Below, piece by piece: positions 1 to 12,779 of a stretch of 64,000 nt of DNA (positions are counted from its first letter, which is position 1; every line of letters starts with the position of its first letter). This DNA is from the human T2T-CHM13v2.0 reference genome, Homo sapiens. Position numbers and translations under genes: made by a program. The DNA lies in assembly GCF_009914755.1 (NCBI RefSeq), contig NC_060943.1; one strand, given 5' to 3'. The notes under the pieces were generated by a model. It was given only the letters and a program-made list of their open reading frames with translations. It ran no database searches and had not been told where the DNA came from.

Positions 1-769
1 CACTTTGGGTCAGCAGTGGCAGGGATTTCTACATGTCAATGCACACTCAACATTCAATTCACACTCAGCTCATTCCTCAACGAGGCTTCTCCTCCATGGG
101 CAGGCTCCCTGCATCCTTCCTGGTCAAGCCCTCTCTTTCTTCATCTTCAGTGCTGAGGGGAGGAAAGAGGAGGAGAAGAGAAGAGGTGATTGCCAAAACC
201 CTGGAGCGCACCCAAACCAAACGGAGGAGATTCTATCTTCACTTTGCACAAGGGATGGAAGAAGCTGAGAGAAGGGCCCAGTGTGGGGTAAGCAGTGGCC
301 CAGGCAGAGTCTCCATGCAGGATATTCACATCACCCTTGGGACAGCCCGGACAGCAAACCTGACTTTAGTGCATCAGCGACATTCTCCTGGGCCCTGCAA
401 CCAGCGCATCCTTACTGGAGCTCTGGCTTTCTTGCACAAATACTGATGCCTCCTGAGATGTCCTCCCAGCTCACTGCCCCTTCCATCATTGCCCACCCCT
501 CCTCCACACAGGGAAGTTGATGTGTGGAGTGGGACTCATTATTAAGTTGAACCCTTAGCCTTTTTCTTGGAGAAGGGTCCTGCCCACCACTGGCCCTGCT
601 ATATGTGTCCCTTCTCTGGTCCATCTTGAGCCACACAGACCCCAGACCACTGTCCTGAGGTCCTTCCTTGTCTGTGTGGCTGACTTCCCATCTGGGATCA
701 TTCTCACCTCCATCCTCCCACCCCACAGGTGTTCCAGAACTGTCCTCTTCCTCCTCCTCTCTTATCCTG

Positions 770-1470
770 TCTTATTTGTAGGAGTTCTTTATATATTCCA
801 GTTAATAACCCTCTGTCAGTTTGATGTCTATTTTCTACACAGTCTACTATTTTAATTTTGCCTATAATTTTTTGTGGTTCAGAGTTTTACAATTGTGTTT
901 CACTTATTTATTCAACACATATTTATTGAATGTCTAATGATGTCAAATTATCAGCCTTTTCTTTGTCTTTTTACTTCTTGTTTGAAAAGAACTTTCTTAT
1001 CTTCTTCTCTGATTTTATAGTAGTTTTTTATGTTTAGATTCTGTAATGCCTACATTTATTTTTTTCAAATGGTATGAGATAGGAATTTCAATATATATTT
1101 TTAAATGTATACTATATTTCATAGGCCCTCCTGTCTCTAGTCTTTACTAAGTTCTCATATGGACACAGATCTATTTCTGAATTCACTTTTCTGTTCTACT
1201 ACTCTGTCTATTCTAGTGCTGATACAACTTGCTTTTTATCAAAATGGGATTAAAACATATTTTGGACAAACACTCCTTCTCTTTTATCTTTAAATTTTTT
1301 ACAGTTTCTTGGCTCTTCTTGCACAGAAAGTCTTCTATTTAAATATCAGAATCAGATTGTCAATTTCCATGAAGAATTTTGTTTGTCTTTTGATAAATTC
1401 TAGGTTGAATTCATGAATTTATTTTGGGAAAAGGGGTAGATTTTCCATGCTGAAGCCTCCCTTTCATGAA
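770..1470 (-). mobile_element. Old L1M (L1ME-like) ORF2 fragments
   Basis: T-rich decayed antisense L1 phrases (ttatttgtaggagttctttatatatt; ggtatgagataggaatttcaat; aatcagattgtcaatttccatg). Boundaries approximate. Confidence 0.6.
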
Positions 1471-2039
1471 TACAGTTTCTGTCTTTGTTACTCCAGTTTT
1501 TGGCCCACCTCCTCAGGGTCTTCCTGGGCAGGACCACTTTCCTCAGATGTCTGTATTTCTAAATCTTTGCCTTCCTACTAACTATACTGTCTCATTTCCC
1601 ACTATTGTTATTCCCGGGCAATGGAAAGAATGCAAGCACCCAAAAAAATCTAATGGCCCATTTATAGTTACAAAACAAATGACAAAGCCAAGACCAGAAC
1701 TCAGGTCCCTTGACATTCACCCACCTCATGGCCAGGCCCCAACCACTGAACTACCACACCCCTGTAGCTACTACCTCCTCCAGTGCTTCATCTCCATCCC
1801 TCACACCTCCCTGCTACCCAGCCTTACAAAATACAGTACTTTAAGCTACTGTATATGCAGATAGCTGCCCGTGAGGTCAGGACATTTATTTGAATGCTTA
1901 CTTAGTGCTTACTGACAGCCAAGTCCAATGTTATATGCTGGATATACCAAAATGAATAAGACAAGACCCCTGGCCTAAGGGTGTTCACAGGGAATTAGAT
2001 GTGTGCAAACAAGTTACAGGTGTCACAAGTGTGAGAGGA

Positions 2040-2718
2040 TGTCATAGTCTGTTTGCACTGTTATAAAACCATCTCATTAATGTGTATCTTATAAACCACA
2101 GAAATTTATTTCTCACAGTTCTGGAGTCTGGGAAATATAAGATTTTATTTTTTTATTTTTATTTTTATTTCATTTTTTTTGAGATGGAGTCTCACTCTTT
2201 TGCCCAGGCTGGAGTGCAGTGGCATGATCTTGGCTTAATGCAAGCTCCACCTCCCAGGTTCGTGCCATTCTCCTGCCTCAGCTTCCCAAGTAGCTGGGAC
2301 TACAGGAGCCCATCACCATGCCCAGCTAATTTTTTTGTATTTTTAGTAGAGATGGGGTTTCACTATGGTAGCCAGGATGGTCTCGATCTCCTGACCTTGT
2401 GATCAGCCCACCTCAGCCTCCCAAAGTGCTAGGATTACAGGCATGAGCCACCGTGTCTGACCAGGAAATATAAGATTAAGATACTGGCAGATCTGGTGTC
2501 CGGTGAGGGCCCACATTCTGGTTCATCTATAGTGCCTTCTTGCTGCATCCTATATGGTGGAAGGGGCGAGGCAGATCTCTGGGCACAAATCTTATTCATG
2601 AGAACTCTGCCCTCATAGTCTGATTACTTCACAAAGGCCCCACCTCCAAATATCATTACATTGTCAACTAGATTTCTGCTATTAATTTGGGGGTGACACA
2701 GATGTTCTGATTATAGCA
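2040..2718 (-). mobile_element. MaLR solo LTR (MLT1A/MSTD-like), interrupted by an Alu
   Basis: TG...CA termini with perfect 5-bp TSD GAGGA (2035-2039 and 2719-2723); typical MLT1A motifs agaaatttatttctcacagttctggag and aaaggccccacctccaaatatcattaca. Confidence 0.85.
2145..2463 (-). mobile_element. Alu, AluY/Sc-like, full length
   Basis: Antisense dimer with gcaagctcc...gccattctcc and gccaggatggtctcgatctcctgacc diagnostics; 14-bp TSD GGAAATATAAGATT (2131-2144, 2464-2477). Confidence 0.95.
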
Positions 2719-4349
2719 GAGGATGTGTCTGGGTATGCCTGATGAACTGGTGAGTGAACAGCTAGACGTTGATTTGCAATGTGGGTTTTGTCGGGGGTGG
2801 AGCTGTTTACAAGGGAGCCAGGAAGGAATCAGGATATACTACCAGATACTGGCTGAGCTGTACCCACTGTTTCTTGTGGACTTATAGCTTAGCCCTGTAG
2901 AGAGAGGTGCTGTTGGCAGAGCCTAAGGGAAGGCTCTTTTGCAGCCTTGGAGACACACAGGACCCAAGGAACCCTGCTTGATCATCAGTGCCAAGCACAA
3001 ACCAGAGTAGGTGAACTCAGAAGAACTTTGGGCAGTGAAGAGCCCAGGGAACATGGCCACTGTGTGACCCTATCAGCCATGCCCAGGCTGAGACTGGTAT
3101 ACCACCAGCACCTGTCTTCTCCGGAAGGCTCTGAGCAACCGCAGCAAAGGGAGACCCCACTCCGGGGGATATCAATGTCCTCAGAGGCAAACAGACTCAG
3201 GTTTGAATCCCAGATCCAACAATGAAAGCTTGTGGTCCTCATTACAGTACCAAATGGTAGAGTGGACAAGAAGAAGCAAATTCCTTGATTCCTATGGGAA
3301 GGGGATTCAAACAGTAGCTCAGTGGACATCTGACTCTGAAACCCGCATGTCTGCCTTGTGTGAGGTGTCCAGCGACCTTAGCGACAGATTATTTGCCACT
3401 TTCCACGTGACCTGGTTCCAACAGAGGGTACAACCCTGGGGTGGTTGTGTTGTTTTTCTCGGAATCACTGGTTTAAAGCAAACTTTAGGCAAACTTGACT
3501 GGCACAACTTATGTCATGTCTCTGTAGCACTGGTACTTTGAATTACTTAATGTTATTTAAATTGATATTTAATTTATGGTAAGAGGGAACTTGTGGATCA
3601 GATAAAATAAAGGCAAGGGTAAAGGGTAAAATAGACACATGACCTCAGCTACAAAGTTAGAGGACAGGAACCTACAGGACCTGGATGGCCAGAATGGGTC
3701 CCAGAGAAGAGACTGAGATAGTAGAGGGAGAAGTAGAGAGGTGGCCAGGACTGGAAAGCAGCAGGGAATGTGCAGTCAGCCTTGGAGGATAATGGGGTGC
3801 AACCTGAGAGTGAGGACTGGGGACTGAGGCTGGAGCAGAAGATCAGAGGGAGGTGTGAGGAGTAGTGGGAAGTCGATGGGGCACAGGATCGGACCCTGAG
3901 ATAAAGGGGATGCAGGTTAGGGAATGGGAGCCCAGCCAGTGTTGAAACCCATGGGAAGGCTCTGGCAGGGTTTTAGGAAGGAAGACTAAGGGTGATTGTG
4001 GGTTAATGAGAAAGATCAAAGGAAATCAATACGTTGAAGCAAAGTGGGTCCAGGCCTGTGTCAGCAGACAGACCTTCCTAGAGAAAAACGAGACCGGCTG
4101 GAAGCTCCGGGTTATGGTCTGGAGACCTGTCTAGTCAAACCTTGATCAAGGCAGAGGCCTCACAGACTCAGACAGAGAGAATGAGAACTCCTGCATAGAG
4201 TCAAAGCCAGCCATGGCTTTTCATTCAATTTACATGTACCTGCACTGTAGGGCACTCATGAAAAGTGATTGGGAGCAAATTGAGAAAGATGAAAGAACAG
4301 AGTTCTTTCTGCAAAGTACAATCACTGTGCAGGATTCCTTTCCACATTC

Positions 4350-4669
4350 AGGCTCTGAGAGGGTGGAAGTCCAAGATCAAAGTATTTGCAGGGATGGTTT
4401 CTTCTTAGGCCTCTCACCTTGGTTTTCAGATGGCTACATTCTCACTGTGTCCTCACATGGTCATCTTTCCATCTGTGTTATCTATGTCCTGTTCTCCTCT
4501 TTTTTATAAGGACACTGATGCTATTAGATTGAGGTACACTCAAATGGCCTCATTTTTAACTTAATTACCCCTTTAAAATCCCTATCTCCAAATACAATCA
4601 CATTTTTGAGGTACTAAGGATTAGGGCTTCAATATAGAAGTTTGGGGGTACACAATTCATCACATAACA
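4350..4669 (-). mobile_element. MaLR LTR fragment (MLT1B/C-like)
   Basis: gaagtccaagatcaa...ttataaggacact...ccctatctccaaatacaatcacatt...gggggtacacaattcatcacataaca match antisense MLT1B/C. Confidence 0.8.
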
Positions 4670-4866
4670 AGGACCAGGTGGGATTTATTCCAGGTTTGCA
4701 ACTTTGGCATGCTACATAAAAATCAGTTAACATAATCTACCATACTAACAGGCTAAAGAAGAAAAAGCATATGATAATATCAATTGTTGCACAAAAAGCA
4801 TTTGACAAGCTTGCACAGCCATTAATGATAAAAAACTTTCAAAAAACTGGGAATAGAGAAAAACTT

Positions 4867-5151
4867 TCTTTTTTAAGACAGCGTCTCACTGTCGCCCAGG
4901 CTGGAGTGCAGGTGGAGTGGCGTAATCATGGCTCACTGCAGCCTCAACTTCCTGTATTCAAGTGATCCTCCCACTTGAATAGCTGAGACTAAAGGCATAC
5001 ACCACTGCAACTGGCTAATTTTTTGTATTTTTTGTAGAGACGGGTCTCAGTATGTCCCCCAAGCTGGTCTCCAACTCCTTGCCTCAAGCAATCCTCCCAC
5101 CTAGGCTTTCCAAAGTGCTGGGATTACAGGAGTGAGCCACTGCACCTGGCT
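4867..5151 (-). mobile_element. AluJ
   Basis: Antisense Alu with J diagnostics (catggctcactgcagcctcaac; caagcaatcctccc); TSD GAAAAACTT at 4858-4866 and 5152-5160. Confidence 0.9.
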
Positions 5152-6556
5152 GAAAAACTTCCTTGACATAATAAAGAACACACACACACCCTACAGTTAA
5201 TATCGAGGCAAGAGTATCCACTCACATGACACCTATTCAACATTGTAGTGGAAGTTCTAGCTAGTGAAATAGACAAGAAAAAAACTTACTGACTGGAAAA
5301 GAAGAAATAAAATTGTCTCTATTTACAAATAACATGATTTTCTATATAGAAAATCTCAAAACAGTCCTCCATCTAAAAAGAAACAAAAATCATACACCTA
5401 GAGCTAAAATGTCGGCCATGTTTACAAGATCAATACGCAAAAATAAAATATATTTCTATATACCAGCCATGAACAACTGGAAACCAAAATATTTTTAAAA
5501 ATCATTTACAATTATTAAAAACATACCTAGGTTTAAATCTAACAAATTATGTATAGAATCTTTTATTGAAAATTATAAAATGTGGATTAAATAAAAAAGG
5601 CCTAACTAAATGGAGGGATATAGCATGTTTATGGGTTGGAAGGTTAAACATAGTAAAGATGGCAATTTTCTTTAAACTGATCTTTAGATTTAATACAATT
5701 TCGATCAAAATCTCAGCAAGGTTTATTGCAGACAAAGGCAATCTTATTCTAAAGTTTATATGGAAAGAAAAGGGATCTGAACAAATGATCTAAAACAACT
5801 TTGAAAAGAAGTATAAAATAAAAAGAACCAGTCTAACCAATGTTAAGGGTTACTATGTAGCTATAGTAATCAAAATAGTCTGGTTTTGGTATGGGGATAG
5901 ACACATGGGTCAATAAAACAGAAATAGAACCCTGAAATAGTTTAAAATATGCCCAAATGATTTCAACAAGGTGTAAAAACAATTCAGTGGACAAAGGGAT
6001 AGCATTTTCAACAAATAGTAACGGTGCAATTGGACATCCATAGGTAAGAAAGTAAGCCTTCATCTAAATCTCACACCTTATAGAAATTCAGACCAAAATG
6101 GATCACAGACTTAAGTGCAAAGCTTTATCTATTTTAGAATAGGAGGAAATCTTTAGGACCTAGGACTAGGCAAAAGTTTTTAGACTTGACACACACAAAC
6201 ACACACACACACACACACAAGCACATTTTATGAAAGGAAAAATTGATACATTAGACCTCATCTAAGTTAAAATAACTTTTGCTATTAAAAAATTGTAAAG
6301 ATGAACAAACTGAGGGAAAGCATTAGCAAGTCACATATCCAACAAAGGCCTCGTATCAAGAATGTATAAGGAAGTCTTAAAAGTCAATAGTTAAGAAAAT
6401 GAACAATCCAATTTGAACATGGGCAAAAAAACATGAACAGACATTTCACTGAAGAGGACATACAGATGGCAAAAAGAAAAGAACATGAAAAGACATTCAA
6501 CATAATTAGCTATGGAAGTAATTCAAGTTAAAACCACAATGAGAAAAACTCACATA

Positions 6557-6783
6557 ACATGCAGAAGAGAAGGCTGTGTAAAGGCAGAGGCAGAGACCGG
6601 AGTAAGATCCATCTCGAAGACAAGAAATGCCAAGGACGGCCATCTGGCAACCACCAGAGGCCAGGCGAGAGGCATGGAGGATTCCTTCACCCTGAGCCTT
6701 CAGAGAGAGCATGGCGCTGCTGACATCAATTTGGGACTTCTAGTCTTCTGAGCTACTGTGGGCAATAAATTTCTGCTGTGTTA
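6557..6783 (+). mobile_element. MaLR LTR 3' part (MLT1C/D-like)
   Basis: gaaatgccaagga...caaccaccagaggccaggcgagaggcatgga...gagccttcagagagagcatggc...aataaatttctg. Confidence 0.75.
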
Positions 6784-6874
6784 CAAAATTACAAAAACAC
6801 AATGATATCTCACTACTCACCTATCAGAATGGGTAAATAAAGAATCTTGATTTTAACATATGCTGCTCAGGATC

Positions 6875-7563
6875 CAGACAACCCAGACCGCTCATCCTCT
6901 GTTGGTGGGAATGTAAAATGCTACAATCACTCTGAAAAACAGTGGGGTGTGTCCTATAAAACTAAGCACACACTTACTATACAGCCCAGCAATTATACTC
7001 TTGGACATTTATCCCAGAGAAATGAAAAATCTATGTTTACATAAACACGTTTATGTGAATGTTTATAGCAGCTTTATTTGTTATAGGCAAAAACTGGAAA
7101 CAACCTAAATGTATATGTATGTGTATGTATATGCATATATAAACGTGTATATATAAGGTTTCTTTTTGAGATAATTTTTTTTACTCAATATAATTCTTTT
7201 ATACACCCTCCATTTTGTTATTTATATCAATAGTTCATTCACTTTTATTGTGCACTATTCTGTGGTATGGATGTAAACCGGTTTGTATGGTTAAACTAGT
7301 TCGTTTAACCATTTGCCTCTGAAGGGCATTTAGGTTGTTTCCAGTTTTTGCCTATAACAAATAAAGCTGCTATAAACATTCACATAAAGGTTTTTATGTA
7401 AACATAGATTTTTCATTTCTCTGGGATAAATGTGCAAGAGTATAATTGCTGGGCTGTATAGTAAGTGCATGCTTAGTTTTATAGGACACGCCCAACTGTT
7501 TTCCAGAGTGATTATACCATTTTATATTCCCATCAGCAGTGGATGAGGGATCCGGATTGTCTG
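6875..7563. repeat. Inverted repeat: 237-bp arms (6875-7111, 7327-7563), 215-bp spacer
   Basis: Manual reverse-complement alignment is ungapped with 18 mismatches in 237 bp; near-identical peptides appear in the ORF track on opposite strands (6847+ and 7394-). Confidence 0.95.
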
Positions 7564-8639
7564 CATATTTATATATCAAATATATATATTTGAAATAACA
7601 AAAGTACAGAGCTCAAGGATAGAATAGTAGAGTTAGTGATAGGACAGGAGTGGATATAGCTGTAAAGTTCTAGCACAAGAAAACCTGTAGTAATGAAACA
7701 GTTCTTTATCTACATTATGGTGGTGGTTACAGGAATCCACATATCTGACAAAATTGCACAGAACTACACACACAGACACACACACACACACACACATAAG
7801 TAAATAAATAAGCACATGCAAAACTCATAAAACCCAAATAATCTCTGTGGATTATATCAATATCAATTTACTGATTTGTTACTGTATTGTACTTACGCAA
7901 GATGTTACTGTTGGGGAAAACTGGGCAAAGGGCATATGGAGCTTTTCTCATAAGTTTTTCTTCAACTTCCTGTGAATCTGTAATTAATTAAAAATAAAAC
8001 ATTTTTAAGAAATTCAAGAGGAGACTTAGAGAAGAACTTTGTGTGGATAGGAGGGGTTCCGGCAGAGTTATGGGTTGGTGAGTCACCAGTATTTGTTTAA
8101 ACCAAGGATTTGGGTAAAATCACTCCAAGAGTTTGAAGAAAGTTTCCACCTCAGCATTTAAACATCTGGTGGGGTAGGCCCTATGGAGTGGAGAGAGATG
8201 TAAGGGAAACTCTACACAAGGGAAAGACCTGGCTATGAGAGAAGAAAGTATCTCAATTAGGAAGGAGTGTGGACTGAGTGGATGCAAGCGAGAAGTTCAG
8301 TAAGTTGGAGTGAAGTGTCTGTGGTGTTTAATGATCTTGACGAGCTGTGTCAGGGTTGTGAAATGATGGGATGATGGAGTGATTGAGGGAAAAATGGAGT
8401 GGTGAGCACAGGATGTGGAAAAAAAAAATCGAAGATCTCTAGAAACTGGTCCTTTGCCAAGCCTTGGTGTTGGGCGAGGGGGACAGCTGGACCATTTATT
8501 AGCTTGTTTACTCTATTACTAGAATAAACCTAGCAATATTCTAGGTTTGAGGACCTGAGTGATCCTGGGGAAAAGCTTCCTAAAGAAAACATTGAGGCAT
8601 CTCAGGCTTTAATGACCTATTTACTCAACACTGGAATTA

Positions 8640-8730
8640 GAGCAGTGTGATATGTGTTTGATTCAATACCTAGTTCTGCCACTATCTTGCTCTGTGATCT
8701 TGAGCAAGTTACTTGCCTTGTCTGGACCTA
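8640..8730 (+). mobile_element. MIR fragment
   Basis: MIR core: ttcaatacctagttctgccactatcttgctctgtgatcttgagcaagttactt. Confidence 0.6.
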
Positions 8731-11700
8731 AAAAGTATGCGTGTTTTTCCTTTTTTTTCCCATCTCTTCAGTACCCTTTTCCTCTAACAGTGCAGTTCCA
8801 CCTCTAGACAAGAAAGAAGACTCCCATCCTTGCTTTGGTACTCCTATAGCTGTACGCCTCCTGACAGGACAAGAGAATGTGACTGGATAAAGCCAATGCC
8901 TTCTGCTCTAGACCACACCAGCTAGGTGGGCCCCCGCCCAGATGGTCCTAAGCCCACTTCTAGAATTTCATTGACCTCTTTTTTGGATCTTACCTCCCAA
9001 CTGCAGACCACACACTGGGCTAGAGTTGTGGTGAAGGGTCTGCTGTTTGCAAGTGTAGACAGAGCTGGAACTTGTGAGCTTGGTGTCCATACATAAAAAA
9101 TTGGAGGCTCTTTATGAGGCAAGAGAGAGAAGAGTGGGAGAGGGAGTAGTTAGTAAGCTGGAGTGAGAGGGTTGGGTGCATTCTCCATGTATAGCTAAAA
9201 TTCCAAGGTGTTGGTAGAAATTCTAAATTCAAGCCTGACCTTCCAGTTGTTATGAAGCTTTATTTGTCAAGGTGGGAGTATATCGCATTTTAAAAAATAG
9301 TTTGTAACATGATTTGTAACATTTAGAAATGTTTATACTGTCATGCTGGGCTCTGTAAGTGTTCAGATGGGGCCTGTGACAGTCCCCTTGGAGGAATGTC
9401 CCCTCCCTGATTATGTGCAGTTTGGAGAGACAGGGACTTCATTGCACTGCCTTCCTTCTATGGAAGCAGCAGAAGACCCTTGAGCCTGCTTCTTCCAGAG
9501 TCTTCTTTTTTTGTCATTGATGATTGACATTTCTAATGTTGGTAGTCAGGTATGTGACTTCAGCTCAGACAATCGTATTCTTTCTTACTGGACTTGAGAC
9601 TTGGGTGGAATGACTTTGAATAAAATAAATTTCAGATGATGTTCATTCTAGCAGGAGTGGATGCCTGGGTTGGGGCATACCTGTTCTGACTCAGGTCTTA
9701 CAGCTGGGCCCCACCTCCTTCTCCAGACTCTCTTTCCCATAGGCTCTGGAAGCTCCTCAATATCCTTCTCATTTGTGCTTCATCCAGCTGGTGGGTTTCT
9801 GTAGGTTATCATCAATTAATCCTGTGGCTATTTTTTTTAGGCCTCAGATTTCTGTTTTGTCCATGACCTCACAGAGTCTTTTCAGCTCTGATGTCCAGTA
9901 GCTCATGTTGCAGAAGTTTCAGAAGCTACTCAGCTTTTCCAAAATAACAAGTTCATACTTGTAAATGGGAGGTTTCTCAGCTATTGATGCCCCCCAAATA
10001 GCATGAGCTGGGTAGAGCTCGGGGACAGGAGAATGAGTGGGGAAGGACATTGGACTTGGGGGGAAGCTGATAAGTCCATGGCCTTGAAGTGGACTACTGT
10101 TGAGGAATTTCTGGGCTTGGTCTTTGTACCAAAGGCAACTGTGTGACCAACATTGTTTAATGGGTTCAGGGTGACCCTAAGTTATTCCACCTGAAGGCCA
10201 GAAGAATACAACTCCAGCTATGTACTTTTCATTGAATGATCCAATTTAACCCAATCTAATTAGCTCACATTGGTGCCAGTTGAAGGCCCTGAACATCACT
10301 GGATTCTTCAAGGTGGCGTGAGTTAGTATCTGCCCCAGGGAGCTCATAGGCTGCACACTGGTTTGACAGGCTTTCCCAAAGCACCTCTCCCGTCTTCTCG
10401 CTCTTACTCCTCCTGAGCAAGAGAACATTTGCACCAACATCCGGAGCCTAAGAGATGCAACATATGCAACATATACATTTTAAGAATAAAAAAAAGTATC
10501 TGATTTTTCAGAATCTATATAACCAAAAGTGCTAGACCTTTCTACCCCTCTCTGCCCTCCTCCCTCACCCACTCCAAGCATAAATATGGAAAGAGGGTGA
10601 TTCAGTATAATTCCATTTGGCCAGGGCTGGAGTGGTGTCTGGAACACTCCTTCGGAAAGATGGTAGACAAAACCTCTGTGCGATCCAGACTCTGGGCTAT
10701 GTGACTGGATTGCAAAGTGGTGGTGGTGTTGTCCTCCTTCTTAGTGCAGGGAGGCTCTGGCAGTGAGTGCGGATGGGGAAGTTTGTAGGCTTGATGAGTT
10801 TGTTCTTTAGTACACAGCTCACTCTGTTCCTAGCCCCCTCTGCAGATGACAGGAGGTGCTAGACGGTGGAAAGTAAGATGTGTAGTGCTGTAGGCAGAAA
10901 TTTGATATGGTGTAATTACTGTACATTAAAATAGATGGAATTTGGATTTGAAAGCAGAGCAGACCATATCTTACGTGATGATGAGAAGGGACACATCACC
11001 CCACACTGCGTCGCATGTGCCTGAAGGAGCGTTCCAGCCTCTGAAAATGGCACATGGACCAAAACGTCCAAATAAACACCTCATTGCCGAGAGCAGGAGG
11101 GGGAGGAAGTTCTCACCGAGGCAGTTGAGAGTAGACGTGAATCAGAAACTACAATCGTATGAACCATCTTTTGGTTCAAACTTGTACTTGAATATAAGGC
11201 ATTGCAATTCTCTTTTCAGAACCAAACTGGAGCCATGCTAATTCTTTTCTGTGGGGAGGATAGAGAAAAGCAATAGAATCTCCCAAGGTTTTACTGAACC
11301 ACTTGTGCCAGGTTAGGTCAAGAAGACATATGAGGAAGATACATGTTCTAAGGAGTTTGATAGTTTATTTGGCAATCTAAGGACCAGTGCAAATAATTTT
11401 TCAAATATAGTCTGTAATTGAATATTATTACACATAATGCAAGTAGGAATGTCCAAAACGAAAGCATATGTTGGGAAGGTTCAACTTGAGTGGAGTGGAT
11501 TCAAGTAGACAGAGGGCAGGAACATGTGCTATCTGATTGAAAGTGGGGGAACAGTTTGAGAAATAGTACACAGGTGAATACGGAGATGCTAGATGCATGC
11601 AGACGTGGGAGGAAAAGAGGGAGACCACTTTGTTGGCATAAGACAAAGAGAATTCAAATGCCGGATGGGGACCTGACTAGAGAGTCTAGTGATTCTTTTC

Positions 11701-12779
11701 TGCCTATATCAACCCTCAGAGCTTCTGATCATGAAATACCAGGTTAAATCCTGGGTCAAGCTTCAGAGGGTGGGAAAGAACCATGGGAAGTGGTGTGCAA
11801 TGACATTTTATTAGGAAGAGTGCCATCCTACTAGTACTGATTCTCAGGTTTTGATTGGGTTTTGGATTTTCTTTTTGTTCATCTATTGATCTTACTGCCT
11901 CAGCGAATGGAAAGACAGCATAAAGTTGCCTTAATTCCTCTGCAAAGCATTACTGAATTTTTAGAAAAGAAGATGCCACGCTGGGTGTCCTGGCCACCAG
12001 GCTGGCTTTCTCTGAGTCTAACACTGAATTTCCCGACCTCTCTCCCACATGGCAGAGCTCACAGCTGCCACCACTGAGATGCAGCACCTGTTAGGGTGAT
12101 TTTCTGAAACTGCTCTTAAAAGACATTTTAAATATATAAACGTCACTCCTGGAGGTAAGGCCATTTTGAATGCAAAGTGATCATCACATCTTTTGCAATC
12201 TATTTTTAGACTTCTTTCCTGGAGCCAGAAGAATATGGGCCAACTAGTTAAGAGGGAACTGAAAATAAAGCTTGGACTGCAGATGCCATCACCAGCATTC
12301 ACAAGCTGAGATAATATAATGGACCATGTGTTTGCACTTGCGCTTTACCTCCCTTTTCCTCACTCCCTCTCCTTGAGACCTCTGCCAAGGTTGACACCTG
12401 GAGCATGAAGGGTGGAGAGTCAGCAGGCCTGCAGAAGGCCTCTTGGCCAGCTTGCTGTTCAAAACAACATCTGGCTAGGAGACCATGATTTAGCTCCACC
12501 CTCCACCTCCATCTTACACACACACACATACACAAACACAAACACATAAACACACAATTCTGCCCAAGTACCAATGAAGACAAATGGGGAGAAGAGGAAA
12601 GTCGCACCGTCACCCAAAAAGGGGCTAACAGACATTAATGTCAGCCGATGAAAGGCATTGACCCTAGTACCAATGTCTTTAGAAATACAAAGCGGAGTGG
12701 GAAAACACAGTTATAATGACATCCTTTTACTTGCTTTTATTTGTCTTTGACAGATCTGCTAGAAAAAAAATGAGAAAAC

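Larger units (their letters stand above)
4670..8005 (+). mobile_element. L1M (L1MC/MD-like) ORF2 RT region to 3' UTR, with nested Alu, MLT1 and an internal inversion/duplication
   Basis: Decayed ORF2 peptides in the ORF track ([13 protein letters not shown]; KWRDIACLWVGRLNIVKMAI); 3' UTR ending in caacttcctgtgaatctgtaattaattaaaaataaaa. Confidence 0.85.

Noticed and set aside
10970-11050. Box C/D snoRNA (GTGATGA...CTGA)
   Set aside because: Too short or weak terminal stem and no recognisable guide sequence; such motifs are common by chance.
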